DNA of 64,000 nt from Hormiphora californensis (lineage: Eukaryota > Animalia > Ctenophora). Position 1 is the first letter of the stretch. Each line of letters begins with the position of its first letter. The notes below the pieces were generated by a model. It saw only the letters and a list, made by a program, of their open reading frames with translations. It was not told where the DNA came from and ran no database searches. The translations under genes were made by a program, and so were the position numbers. Location: the NCBI GenBank assembly GCA_020137815.1, contig CM035356.1:6014001-6078000 (forward strand), given 5' to 3'. This document shows, in pieces, positions 12,701 to 26,100 of this stretch.

Positions 12701-14875
12701 TAACCTGCCAGCAGGGGTAATCATTTACAAACCCCCAACTAACCTGCCAGCAGGGGTAATCATTTACAACCCCCAACTAACCTGCCAGCAGGGGTAATCA
12801 TTTACAAACCCCCAACTAACCTGCCAGCAGGGGTAATCATTTACAAACCCCCAACTAACCTGCCAGCAGGGGTAATCATTTACAAACCCCCAACTAACCT
12901 GCCAGCAGGGGTAATCATTTACAAACCCCCAACTAACCTGCCAGCAGGGGTAATCATTTACAAACCCCCAACTAACCTGCCAGCAGGGGTAATCATTTAC
13001 AACCCCCAACTAACCTGCCAGCAGGGGTAATCATTTACAAACCCCCAACTAACCTGCCAGCAGGGGTAATCATTTACAAACCCCCAACTAACCTGCCAGC
13101 AGGGGTAATCATTTACAAACCTCCAACTAACATGCCAGCAGGGGTAATCATTTACAAACCCCCAACTAACCTGCCAGCAGGGGTAATCATTTACAAACCC
13201 CCAACTAACCTGCCAGCAGGGGTAATCATTTACAAACCCCCAACTAACCTGCCAGCAGGGGTAATCATTTACAAACCCCCAACTAACCTGCCAGCAGGGG
13301 TAATCATTTACAAACCCCCAACTAACCTGCCAGCAGGGGTAATCATTTACAAACCTCCAACTAACCTGCCAGCAGGGGTAATCATTTACAAACCCCCAAC
13401 TAACCTGCCAGCAGGGGTAATCATTTACAACCCCCAACTAACCTGCCAGCGGGTGTAATCATTTACAAACCCCCAACTAACCTGCCAGCGGGGGTAATCA
13501 TTTACAAATCCCCAACTAACCTGCCAGCGGGTAATCTCAGGTTGACAGCAGTTTGGGGTGTTTCAGGATCTGAAACCAGGGTGAACCGCATCTTGTTAAG
13601 AGGGTGTGTGAATGCCCTGTACTCCCTAGCATCCTCATCTGCAGTAACAACTAGGGGAAAGAGTGAGAGTGGATAGGGACTAAAGTAACGACTAGGAGAA
13701 GAGTGGGTAGTAAGAGAGGGAGAGAGAATAGTGACAACTATTATATGAGAAAGAGATAGATACAGGGGAAAACAGGGTGGATAGTTAGGAAAGGAGAGTT
13801 TGTTAGATGAGGATAAACTCAAGATTAAAATTCCTACAACAATGAAGAAGCAAAAAATCAGCGAATATGACAATCAAACTGCAGTAGGTATCATGATTGA
13901 AGTGATTGGAGCACAATTATATATAGCAACAAAATTCATGCTCTGACTGAACACAGAACAATAATTGCCCAACTGGCAGACGCGGTGTGCTGTCAAACTC
14001 CAATAGCAGGCTCAAGTGATCACATAAGTGATCACATATGTACACATATATACAGTGTACACATATGTGATCACAGTGTACACACGAACAAAGAAAGACA
14101 AAGACAAAGAAAGGGTGGACTGAATGGCACACTCAGCCACACACACTAATCCGCACGTGCGGCTGCGCGCAATCTCGAACTTTCTCCCTCACTCACACAC
14201 TCTCCCCTTGAGACCGCCGCGTGATAAACCACGTGATCTCTTTTTAACCAATAGGACTGACAGCTGAGTGCTACTGCAGCAGTTCAGTTTGTACACCGAT
14301 ACACTCTCTTGCTCTTGATCTCCGTATGTGTACACTTTTTCTAGATCTCAATTCTCAGCCAGTCCACTGTCAGTGCATGTTCTGTTGTTGCCTGACCAGC
14401 AAAATATCTCAATCGGTTGTCTACTTCTGTGTTCTAGCCCTCGCCAGTCCAAATTCCCGGGTCTCGTTGAGTAGTAAACCCTAATTACTCAACAAGGCTC
14501 TCCAGAATTTGCTGCCTGGAGCTCTACCGTTCAGTTTTGTTTAGGTCTTCAGCTCAACCCCGGCAAATGTAAGACGATTTTGCATTTTCTGTCATATATA
14601 TGTTTTGTAACATCATTTTGAGTTCAAAATGATGCTACAAAACTCTTTTTTACGACAGACATAAGTTTTACATCATTTACAACAAGGCTAGAAGTAGTCG
14701 ACAGTTAACACAGATTTACAATTCACTCACTTTTTCCTTCTTCATCCTCATTCCCCTTTTTGTGTTCTCTGGTAGCTATCAAAGATACCATAATGATAAT
14801 CACTAGTATTAACACACCCATGCCAGTGGCAATAGCAGCAGTCCGTCTTTTCCTTGCACTGCATTTCATAGACAT
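109..14875 (-). CDS. M16A (insulinase/IDE/nardilysin-like) metallopeptidase with N-terminal signal anchor; 5' part of a multi-exon gene continuing off the left edge. Exons ~14875-14731, 13650-13521, ~180-109
   Basis: Spliced reading MSMKCSARKRRTAAIATGMGVLILVIIIMVSLIATREHKKGNEDEEGK|IVTADEDAREYRAFTHPLNKMRFTLVSDPETPQTAVNLRLPAG(S) matches the M16A N-terminal motif D-x-R-x-Y-R...L-x-S-D-P...G-S. Phases match (donor gtgagt at 14730, acceptor ccctag at 13651, donor gttagt at 13520). The exon at ~109-180 reads, through several indels, approximately [26 protein letters not shown] (inverted zincin HxxEH). Confidence 0.8.
193..2418. mobile_element. Non-autonomous DNA transposon / foldback element with ~350-bp terminal inverted repeats
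   Basis: 193-~540 (tatggtggtataaatcggccaaat...gggtcccggtcgtggtataaatcgg) is the reverse complement of ~2065-2418 (ccgatttataccacgaccgggaccc...atttggccgatttataccaccata). The interior is CT-rich and corrupted. Confidence 0.7.
575..1300. repeat. Degenerate (CT)n/pyrimidine-rich low-complexity tract
   Basis: Almost pure C/T sequence; the S/L/P-rich ORFs here are its translation. Confidence 0.9.
2622..3459. repeat. 39-bp minisatellite, left part (~21 copies)
   Basis: Unit aacctgccagcaggggtaatcatttacaaacccccaact repeated nearly perfectly; translates as NLPAGVIIYKPPT. Confidence 0.98.
4030..4241. repeat. ~105-bp tandem duplication inside the LINE 5' region
   Basis: ttttacacctcctgtcaacttcttccctccc...gcacaacgttcaaac occurs twice (~4030-4128 and ~4136-4241). 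Confidence 0.9.
4308..4380 (-). pseudogene. tRNA-derived sequence (SINE head or tRNA pseudogene) with Pol III A and B boxes
   Basis: Minus strand reads aatggccgagtggttagagcgcctaactttgagacgtgaggtccaaggttcaaatcccg: A box TGGCCGAGTGG, B box GGTTCAAATCC. Acceptor and anticodon stems are poor. Confidence 0.7.
4609..6375 (+). CDS. Predicted spliced ORF1-like protein of the LINE (exons 4609-4804, 5269-5533, 5631-6375; 401 aa)
   Basis: Donors g|gtaaga (4805) and cg|gtacgt (5534) and acceptors ctctacag (5268) and ccccctacag (5630) join three separate ORFs into one uninterrupted frame. Product has an RRM-like segment (KRLTILGF...DKKSIEKWLLS...RLIKLVF), a Q/P-rich tail and NLS-like PRKKRK. Confidence 0.65.
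6872..12266 (+). CDS. LINE ORF2 (AP endonuclease, reverse transcriptase, RNase H, CCHC finger), split by an insertion at 9401-10487
   Basis: APE motifs QANLQH, LTEPY, MDSNSHH, IDLT, SDH; RT motifs FRTITL, QFGFR, LDIEGAFD, GCPQGGVLSPLLW, AFADD; RNase H YTDGS...QAEL...WSDS...HIGIPGNERADELAK; CTLC-x8-H-x4-C. Removing 9401-10487 rejoins ...IVDDL|LRKTPKDLPTETQAFADD... in frame. Confidence 0.95.
9401..10487 (-). mobile_element. 5'-truncated L2/CR1-clade LINE fragment nested antisense in the LOA ORF2
   Basis: Minus-strand frame KTLGVFLDSNISM...SRLDYCNVLYSGLP...LQRVLNSCVRFV...LPIEQRVKFK...SFKSKLKTSLF (L2-type ORF2 C-terminus); 3'UTR; (TAT)n tail at 9401-9424; ccta repeated at 9397-9400 and 10484-10487. 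Confidence 0.92.
12636..13536. repeat. 39-bp minisatellite, right part (~23 copies), merging into the M16 exon end
   Basis: Same unit as 2622-3459; the last copy overlaps the exon end and donor at 13521/13520. Confidence 0.98.
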
Positions 14876-17113
14876 GTTGTTGCTCTTTATATACCACTCC
14901 TTTGCCTTGTTCAACCCTGTTTCACAAATGTAATGGAGGGTTAGAATATAGCAACCACATGTTGTTGCTGCTCTTTACCACTAATCCTGCACTGCTTCTA
15001 GGGTGGGTGGGGTTTTGAATTTGTTAACACTGTTCCTTATGAACAATACAGACAGTTCTATCTGGAGCTTTTTCACCAGTGTTTTTGTTTCAAAAGTTCT
15101 ACAAAAATTTAAAATTAAAGGTGATAATGCAAATATAATTGTGTGCAGTATAATTATAGGGTATAGTCACTAACAGCTGCAATACAACATAATGTGCTGG
15201 TTCGATATTACTGATACAGACACCATACAAACAACAATAAACTTAATTGGTGTTAATTGGCGTTTAATTGGTGTTATGTCCAAAAGCTGTATGCAGATAT
15301 TTAGTTTGTTCGCAGTACTGAAGTTAGTTCTATGTAGACAGCTGCAATATCAGCTTGTTGAGTTACTCAATAAATATCAGCTATGCAGTTTGTGCTCCAC
15401 CTAGGGTTCGCCTAATTTTGTCAGTACGGTAGATCAATTCAACTCAATATTGGATAAAGATCAAATGGTAAATTAACTTGTCTGAGATACTGCAGATAGC
15501 ATGGACGTGTTTTCGAGTTTGGGGAGCAATTACTAATGTAGCACTATGCATGGCAATGGAGCTGATTAATATTATATGGGGATAGGTACGTTTCAATTAA
15601 CATACAGATACTGCAAATATTCACTGAACACGATAAGAGAGAACGCGAGTAGAGAACTGCCACTACTACTATAGCAAATTGGTTGGAACCTATCACCCAG
15701 AGTTTTGCTGACAGATTTGGAAAATTGGTTTGCGTGTGTGTATGTTAGCTCTTCTATAGTTTACCACGAGGGTGTTGAAACGAGGAGAAAACACTGGTTC
15801 GAGACAGAGGGACATGCAACACTGGCTTCAGCTAGAAAGAGCTCTTCAAATTGAGATTTATACGGGGAAGATCTTACTAAGACCTTCCCCATATATCTCA
15901 GTCTGTGATCCCTACTATGAAGCCTACAGGGAAATAGGGAATCAGTAAAACCCAGAAGCCATGTTAAACAAACTACTTTGAAGGCAGTGGTAACTCTAGC
16001 GGCTGGTAGTGCCCGATACGTAACACCGGCAGAGATAGAAGGAGACAGAGAGTGATCAAGGGAAGGAGAGATGGCGATAGACAGGGGGAACCAGGGAGAG
16101 AAAAAAGTTGAGATAAACTTAGAGAAACAGTTAGAGAGTGTCTGAACCAGAAACAGTGAACAGCCTGTTTCCTTTGGTGGATCTGGAGGCCGCTCTATCG
16201 TTTCTATATCAGCCGACATGATGATTTGTATCTGGTGCTTCACTTGCCAATTTGCAGGTGACCAGCAAAAAACAGTCAGAAATATTCAACAAAATTGGTT
16301 CCCGGTAGGGACTGAGATTAGCCGGGCGGGACAACGCGTACCATGAGTAGTACCCATCATGAGAGCTATGATAATACCGGTTAAAGTCGCGTGAGATGAT
16401 CATAATGCGATTATAATATGTTTCCTTATTTACTTTCTTATTCTCTTTCTTATTCTCTCAAACACACTTCAGTCTTTCTCTCTCACCTTCCCACTTCAAT
16501 GCCCTAAGATCGCGGTACTTGCCTCCGAACCTTGTCTTGTGACTTGTACAGACTCCCTGGCCCCGCATATACAGGATATATAGGAAGTGCTGCTGCAGCT
16601 TCGCTCTAATCATGTAGCTGTGATATTTTGATACTAAAATACTAATATTAGTATTTTTCACAGTAAATTACTAAGTTCCTGGAACCCTCTGCCGGCCCTC
16701 TTTCATGATATCCAAGTCATTGGTCCGGGATTGGGAACACCTTTTTACTGCGGATCAGACTAGACTACAACAAATCAAAACGATCTGAATGTTTCTTATC
16801 AATCTGTTTGGTATGAATTACAATTTAGTTCTCAGATAAGATCTCTCACCACAGAATAAACAACAAAAAATATAACACACAACCCGTATAGAAAACACAA
16901 AATAAAGATTCTCAAATATTAATAAACATATCCACCCATTCATGACGTCTCTCCCTGTCAAAGCTTCTCTCTCGGCTCGACCGTATAACGACGTAACTGT
17001 CAAGTGCTCATGACACAGCTCTGATCACCGCCCGCCCCAACGTCAGTCTCTGATCTCTCTCTCTAACCACATATAATGATCTATCCACACTTTCTCTTTC
17101 TACTATCCAACTA

Positions 17114-20100
17114 CTATCTAAGTCTGGGTACTCTTATAAGAGAGTAGACAATGTGGCATAACACCACCAGGATCGCCCCATAGCCGGTTAAAATTCCAAA
17201 GTTTTCACCGATCTCTTCTGCTGCCCCTGGGAATGTAATATTTAGGTAGTCCTCTCCCTCCTTGTACATGCAATACTCGTCCGGCCTGAAGAGAAAGAGA
17301 GATTAATTAGTTGTAAGTTTGATTTGAAAGGTTTTCCGATAAACATTTGTTGAATTTTTGGTGGTTTAGATTTGAAATCGAAGTTAAAGTTTGGGCTCTC
17401 AAGACGATATGTTTGTTTTGTTATCAGCATGGATAAGTATAGCGCAAATTCAATTATGTGTCGGCATAATTCAGTTGATAACACGGGTTATTATTGTCCT
17501 TAGCGATAAACATATTCCGTCCCACTCTCCCAACTTGAACTCCCGGTCCCAACTCACTCCCGGTCCTAACTGAGCTGTATTGTTTGAACCTAGACATTGT
17601 CTAGTGATACCTAGATTACAGTAGACAATCTTCTCGACAACACCCATTCCCTGGCTCCGACCCTCTCTCTGATCGTGCCCCACGTCCCTGGCTCCGACCC
17701 TCTCTCTCATTGTGCCCCACGCCAGAGCCTCTTTACAAAAGGGTTAACTCCCGAAACCCGGCTCCCAAAATTACTTACTTGCACGTTAGAGTGAGGTTTG
17801 AGAATTCATTTGCCGCCAAAACTGAGCTGGCGTACCGGTGCATTGAGCCGTAACTCAGCAGTTCAAACACTGGATGTAAGGACTGGAAATTCCTGAAAAA
17901 TATACATTATCAGTTCTTTGACTTGGTCAGACTGAACAATACAATCGTATCTCACATGTAGCAACTACCCTTTCCCCCTGTTTGCAAGTTGACTCTAGGA
18001 TATGTAATTAGGGTAGAAAGGGGTAAAATGGCACACTTTCTAACGTTTTAGGTTCTAAAATACTCAATTTATACAGCAAGAAGAAAAAAAATTATATAGG
18101 CTATCCAATGAAACGTTTTCCTTTCAGACGAGCTAAATTTTAAAATCTGAAAGTTTTATTTAATAGCTTAATTAATCAATTCAAAAAGTTTGGTAGGGCT
18201 TTTTTTGGAAATTTTGCACTGGGGTAAAATGGTCCAGCCAATAGCATTGCTCGATTTTTATCACGTGCCTGGTGTTGTTAGAGCACTGGGGTAAAATGGT
18301 CCATGTTATCTTCAGTAATTTCTGTTCTGCTGGACCATTTTACCCCAGTGTGCTGGACCATTTTACCCCAGTTGGTATCACGTGGTATTGGAGGCTCGAT
18401 TTCATTGGTCCCAGGGTGAACCATTTTACCCCAGCGAGGGTGAACCATTTTACCCCAGTTTGACTAATTTGACAATTTAATCAACTTAATAGTAGGTTTT
18501 TTGAAAAATTTGTATACCAAGTTTTAGAAGGATAAAAACCCTAACTGGCAGTTTTTGCAAAATTAAAATCGGCCAACTCAAACAGAAATTACAGCAGTTT
18601 TAAAGCAAAAATTCGGAACAGAACGAGCAGGTCTCCGCTGGAGAAAAAGTCACGTGACTACATGTAATAACTAGGACCATTTTACCCCATACATGTGCCA
18701 TTTTACCCCGTGTGCCATTTTACCCCTTTCTACCCTACTATCATATCTACCTATTGGGTGGGAAACTTACCCAAACCTAGGCTACATTGCTACCCTATAC
18801 CTTATAAATCCAGAGCCCACAGTGATTGAGAGACTCATTATCAGGCTGACTGCTCCATTCGCTAACACTGGATCACTGATCAAACCTACAAAAATTAAAT
18901 GTCACAGAACGGCAGCGCTACGCATAACTTCAGCAATTTAACTTCTTCAGAGCTCCCCTGATCTTTATGCAGCTATAAATATCTTACCCAGTATCATGAC
19001 TGCAATTGATTCTCCCTGAACCATAAGAATAAAAAACACGCCGGTAGAGTAGAGAAATCGTGTTATCTCTGGATAGAAACCAATCCCCCTAAGGTGAACC
19101 GGGTTAACTAGGGACGGGATTCACGCGGTAGTATGTAGAAACCAGTCATTTAACTTGGTATGTCTGAACCAGACTTGGTCAGATAAGGGGTAATCATATA
19201 TGGTGCTAGAAGCAGATTTAGAATCGTGTTAAAAACAATCTTACGATATAGCATGCTCTTACCAATAGCCGAGACCCCCGAAGAGGATCGAAGTAGCCGC
19301 AGTGAATGGTATAATGTGGAGATAGTAGCCGAGAATAAACAGGCCTGGTTTGTACAATCCATCCATACATTCCCGGTATCCCAGATCTCGTAGCGTGGGA
19401 ACTGAAATAATGGGTTGCCATGGATACTGTTGTAAAGTTTACTTGGCCGCTGGTGTATAATGGTTTGGTTTGATTGACTCTACCTCGCACCCCGTAGGCG
19501 CCTGATTAGAGTATTACCGTCATATTCGTCTGTCATCGGGGTCAGTGCATCTTGAGAATGAGGTGTTCAGGTCTGTCTTTGTATTGTTAGGACGATGCCC
19601 ACAATTGGTATAACTGTCTCATACGTACAGAGATCAACAGCGTTCATGATCCCAAAGTAAGTGGGTCCATTGGCAATCTGGAAGAGAAGCCCCACCCTGT
19701 TCTGCATACTCGCTTGGTCGTTTTCTAAAGGAGAAAGGGGTCTGGGGGTCTGGTTTTAGTGGGTTCAGAGAGTTAGGGTTCGGGGTATACAGTTTTCTAA
19801 ATTTTGGCCGGTTGTAGGCCGGTTAACGAAATAATGTTAACCATGGCGGTCTATAGTTACTTACTGAGTCGTAACATAAAGGAAAATAGCATGAGAGAGA
19901 ACATAAGACCAACGAATGCCCTCATTCCCCAAGCACGTACTGATCGGATTACATTCACGTTCATTCGGCTGAAGTGATATTCAATCATGAGAGTTGATTG
20001 AAAGCGATATGTAATCATGAGAGTTGATTGAAAGTGATATATAATAATGATAGTTCGGTATAATACGATCCGATATCTTAGAAATGTACTGCAGCTGTTA

Positions 20101-23100
20101 GGCATTGCAGCTGTACTGCGCTGAGACCCTTTCACGTTCGATAGTCACGCTCAGAACAGCGGAGTGCTAGGAGAGTGGTCAGGCAGGGAGATTCACAATA
20201 GAGAATATACTTACTGGACTAAAATGCCAAGTCGATAGAGTGTATCACATGTTGTGTTCAATGTCCCCCCATCCGTCCATTTCTTCTGGCCCGGGATCCC
20301 TCAACCCCAGATCTCCCATCAGACCATGATACATTCTCTGACCTAGGCAGTATTATAACTGTTAGCAACTATCCCTTCGATTTCAGTTTTCACTCAGACT
20401 CTTCTGAGGAACATTTAGGGTCACGGTGTAATCCATGTCTGTTGCATGTCTCAGAGAGGCACTCTCTACTCTCCACTCGGAGGAGAGCAAGATCTATAAT
20501 TTAACTGCCTACCTTCTGTAGCTCTGAATTAGGTTCTTGACCTTTTGCTCCGAGATACACTGTTTCTCTTTACAGTACCTGTCAACACTAGCAACGTCAA
20601 CTGAAACGCAATCAATCAGTGTGTCACTATTTAATGTCTCTTCAACAATTGGATAAAATGCAGTCTAGCCAGCGGCTCGACTTGCCTCTTAGGCATGGTT
20701 AGCGGTAAAGTTACACACTTTTAGCACCAATTTTGGCCATAACTCAGCCATTTGTTGCAACATCTTTAGGCTCTTCTACAATTGGATTCTGCAGTCTAGC
20801 CAGCGGCTCGACTTGCAGTTACCTGTCAGGCATATGGTCCTGTCAGGGCTATATTCTAAGAAATATCAGTCTAGAATTTTCACTTACTGTAGTGGTCGAG
20901 TGGGTTCTGAAACTCGGGACACGGATATCCAAGTTCAGTAAAGTATGGTATCAGCTTGTTTCGCTCGCCATGGTAAACAACGTTACCCGCTGACATGAGG
21001 GTTATCACATCGAAAAACCGGAACAACTCTGATCTGGAAGTTGTGTTTCATTAGAAAAATGAATTTATGAAGGAGCAACATGGCTACAAACCTTGGTTGG
21101 TGAATGGTTGCTATGACGACAATGTTCTTCCGGGAAAGTTTAGAGAGGGTGACGATCAGGTTGTAGGCATTGAAACTATCCAGTCCTGTCGTAGGTTCAT
21201 CGAGTAGCAGAATATCTGCAGAATGGGGTGGTCGGGTTTGGTGTCTGGTTGAGATTTACGGATTCTGCCTTACGGTCTAAACAGATGCGGTCTCTTGTCT
21301 CCGTGCGGGAATCCGTGTATTTATCCGGGCAGACGCACAGATTCACATATATCAAGTCGAATTAAAATCATCTCTCTGTGTGCACTTACGGGTAAACTTG
21401 ATGAGTTGACATGCTATTGATAGTCTCCTTCGCTCGCCTCCACTGATCCCACGAACCAGCCCATCTCCCACCTTCCTCTCCTTAACATGCATCAGACCCA
21501 GCTCATCGAGCACCTCTGATACCTGCAATGATATGTCACTTAATGGTTGTCTTCGATCTGTTGATACCTACAATGATATGTCACTGATAGACTGGGTGTC
21601 TGATCTGGTCACTGGTGAGCCGTTGGCGTTACTAAAATCACGTGATAGTTACGTGATAGTTACGGGAGCTGTTTTGAGCTTGATCTAGTGAAAACCTAAG
21701 GAAAACCTAAGTAATGAAATTACTAAGCAATTCGAGCGCAATTATAGGGGTGACTTCGTAACCAAAGGAAACCCTTGAATTACCTTGTCAAGTAGGGTCT
21801 GCTGGTGGTGAAACGGGTAGGCAAGTTTCGCAACGAAGGTTAGAGTCTCCTGGACAGTTAGATTTGGTAGCAACCTGTCGTGTTGAATAACATAGGCCAA
21901 CTTCCGCTGGACTGTATTTGTTGTACACTGCAGACCGTCTATCAATATCTGAAGGGTTGATTGCGGTAGCCATAGTAACCATGAATACCATGGCCTGCAA
22001 ACACTACAGCGTGTGCGGAAGAATGAATTGTTACCTTGCCCGTCTGCTGTCCCTGACTATCTAGGCGATGTGAGATTGCATCCAGTAGGGTTGTTTTCCC
22101 ACTCCCACTACCTCCTAGAATCACACTCAACTGTCCGCTCCGTGCTTGGAAAGACACATCACTTAGGATACACCTTATAGAGAGGATAAAAATATAGTAG
22201 TCGATACGCTTTTTATGGTACGTACTACGTAGCTAGTACCTCTTCTCTCTCCTAGTTAAAGTAACGATCTCTATTTCTCTCTCAACTCCCTTATTTACCC
22301 TGTTCTCTCCTAGTTAATGTAACAATCTCTCTATTATTTACCCGCCTGTCACCCCGATTGTTGGTTGAATATGTCTCTGGAGGGCTGCACGTGACCCGTA
22401 CAGGAGGGTGTTTTGTGGCTCGTGTTTCCCCGTGGTGAAACTTCTCATCTCGATAAATGACACCTGTGTGCAGAGATTCTTGTTGTTACCATGGTAACTA
22501 TTGTGGTGACTTTATGCCTGACCGGGTAGATACTGATATACTGTTGATACAAGAGCAATTTCATGCTCATATTGAGAATGTTTCTACCTGTAGCTGTCAG
22601 GCCAATGAACTTTTCTCGCGTGCTCCTTATTGGAAGAACTGAGAATAGGGTCAGGCCAATGCACTGACAAACCTGTAGGGAGGCTGGCAGGTATCGTAGG
22701 AACATGTTCTTGACTGGAGCGTGATAGGAAAAGTGGTGGACATCAACTTGGTGCGTAAAGAAATCATTCTCAAATCCAAATGGTTTTAGATCCTGTAGTG
22801 AGAAGATAATGAGATCATAACTAGGATGGTAACTTGAAATTATTTGTTTTGATCCAACCTTTTTTTACAATTAGTCCGGTGTGCGGCGAGGGTCTAGCAG
22901 TGCAAGGCGTTTTCGTTTAATACCTTTCTACGAGTTTTGAATCCTAGAGTTTTAGCCCGCTTTTCTGTTGCACTGGCGTTACTGGCAGATGATAGAATTC
23001 TGCGATGCTTCTTTACAAACCCCCCGGTTTTCTCCTTATCCATTTCCGAGCTTCCTCCGACGAGCTATGGAGAAGAAAGTTGTATAACACTGAAAATTAA

Positions 23101-26100
23101 ACGATATTCATTTGCTTGTTTGAAACTAAAGGATCAATGGTTTAACAAGCTGGTACGATTGTTGTTTTTTTTTTTTTTTTTTGGGGTCACTTAGCCACAC
23201 GCTGAGCAAACCTCATACCACCCGGGTATGGGTAACTATGGCGCTAAGCTCCCCCCTTTCTCGATTTTGATGAAATGGGGGGAACCTATGGCATCAGTCA
23301 TAATGTCTGTCGAGTTGGGATTGTTCTGGAACAAGGTAACGTTTTGCCTTTGAGAGAGTCTTGAGTTTGGTTTAGTCTGGAACAAGGTAACATTTTGCCT
23401 TTGAGAGTGTCTTGAGCCCAGTTTGTTCTGGAACAAGGTAACGTTTTGCCTTTGAGGGTGTCTTGAGTTTAGTTTGGTCTGGGACAAGGTAACATTTTGC
23501 CTCTGCGTGTAACTTGGAGTTGGTCTGGATCGAGGTAACGTTTTGCCTTTGCGAGTGGGTCTGTTGGTGGCGCTATAGCTAGCTAAAAAACAGTAAATAA
23601 AAATATAAATCAAATCTCTCAATCGCCACATCCACTTTTCAAACCCAATGCTACATAATATCATTTAAAATGTGAACACAATAGATGGACCGACAATATG
23701 GACAGATTGAACTTACAGCATTTTGATGCATGATTGGTACCGTGATGTTGTTGATGATGAGATGAGTGGTGTGTCCACTGTCCATTTTCAGTTGAGATAG
23801 AGATAAACGAACACGATCAAACACAGATACGGGGTAAGACAGATTGTGACACCACTAGAATGTATAATGTTCTAGAAGACAATGCGGACGGGACACCGGA
23901 CAGATAAGAAAATTTGTGGGGGGTAATATTGGACAATAATGTAGCTGTAATTTAGTAATGAGACCAGGCAAGGCTCGAGAGACAGTTCAGTGGTAACTGG
24001 GAGGTCATGTGTGATGGAAATGAGAACTAGAGACAGATTTGAGTTGCATTTTATTGATGAAAATAGCCCTTTTTGGTGTCTGAGACAAGCAAAAGTGAAA
24101 CGAAATGCAACGGCCCCAATGCAACGTGACGAACATTTCCAGTAGAGACAAAGATAAACGAAAACGATCAAACACAAATAAGGGGTAGGACAGATTGTAG
24201 ATCTAATGGAATGTAAGACGTTCTAGAAGACAAGTCGGGTGGGCCAGATAAGAACATTTTTAATTGTTACACGCGATAAGCGACTTAGTGCACCAAAACA
24301 CAAGGATTGTCTCTGTAGTGGCGTGTTTCACAAAGTCCTCTAAATTGGGAAGGGCCAGGGTGGGGGAGGTGGGTGGGGTGGAGGGGTGGGTGGTGGCTAG
24401 TACAAGAAAACTAGCAGGTATTGAGTGCGTTAGAGATCAGATATTAGAGGTACTGTGTTGAAAGATACATGAAAGGAGCACTATTTGACAGAATGACTGA
24501 ACCAAACTAGGCGATACGGTTGTAAAGTGATAGATTTAGGATTAAAGAGAGACTTAGACGGGTGTATGTCAGTGTAACAGAGCATTCAAAATGAAACAAA
24601 TATGAAACTGCAAATGTATGAACTGATTGTGAGAGAGTCTGGAGAATCCCGGCAATTCGTTTATGTCACACATCCGCAAAGTACAAGAAAACTAGCAGGT
24701 ATTGAGTGCGTTAGAGATCAGATATTAGAGGTACTGTGTTGAAAGATACATGAAAGGAGCACTATTTGACAGAATGACTGAACCAAACTAGGCGATACGG
24801 TTGTAAAGTGATAGATTTAGGATTAAAGAGAGACTTAGACGGGTGTATGTCAGTGTAACAGAGCATTCAAAATGAAACAAATATGAAACTGCAAATGTAT
24901 GAACTGATTGTGAGAGAGTCTGGAGAAAACTAGCAGGTATTGAGTGCGTTAGAGATCAGATATTAGAGGTACTGTGTTGAAAGATACATGAAAGGAGCAC
25001 TATTTGACAGAATGACTGAACCAAACTAGGCGATACGGTTGTAAAGTGATAGATTTAGGATTAAAGAGAGACTTAGACGGGTGTATGTCAGTGTAACAGA
25101 GCATTCAAAATGAAACAAATATGAAACTGCAAATGTATGAACTGATTGTGAGAGAGACTACTGAGACCACAGTTTTGAAGATAGAGACTTGACAAGAAAA
25201 CGAGCATGTATTGAGTGCGTTAGAGATCAGATATTAGAGGTACTGTGTTGAAAGATACAGGGAAGGAGCACTATTTGACAGAATGACTGAACCAAACTAG
25301 GCGATACGGTTGTAAAGTGATAGATTTAGGATTAAAGAGAGACTTAGACGGGTGTATGTCAGTGTAACAGAGCATTCAAGATGAAACAAATATGAAACTG
25401 CAAATGTATGAACTGATTGTGAGAGAGACTACTGAGACCACAGTTTTGAAGATAGAGACTTGACAAGAAAACGAGTATGGATTGAGTGCGTTAGAGATCA
25501 GATATTAGAGGTACTGTGTTGAAAGATACAGGGAAGGAGCACTATTTGACAGAATGACTGAACCAAACTAGGCGATACGGTTGTAAAGTGATAGATTTAG
25601 GATTAAAGAGAGACTTAGACGGGTGTATGTCAGTGTAACAGAGCATTCAAAATGAAACAAATATGAAACTGCAAATGTATGAACTGATTGTGAGAGAGAC
25701 TACTGAGACCACAGTTTTGAAGATAGAGACTTGACAAGAAAACGAGCATGTATTGAGTGCGTTAGAGATCAGATATTAGAGGTACTGTGTTGAAAGATAC
25801 AGGGAAGGAGCACTATTTGACAGAATGACTGAACCAAACTAGGCGATACGGTTGTAAAGTGATAGATTTAGGATTAAAGAGAGACTTAGACGGGTGTATG
25901 TCAGTGTAACAGAGCATTCAAGATGAAACAAATATGAAACTGCAAATGTATGAACTGATTGTGAGAGAGTCTGGAGAATCCCGGCAATTCGTTTATGTCA
26001 CACATCCGCAAAGTACAAGAAAACTAGCAGGTATTGAGTGCGTTAGAGATCAGATATTAGAGGTACTGTGTTGAAAGATACATGAAAGGAGCACTATTTG

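Noticed and set aside
2622-13536. CRISPR-like array with nearby RT/nuclease genes
   Set aside because: No unique spacers; the enzymes are a standard LINE ORF2; eukaryotic context.
15761-16243. 160-aa minus ORF
   Set aside because: No recognisable motif, partly CT-rich, and no convincing splice link to neighbouring genes.
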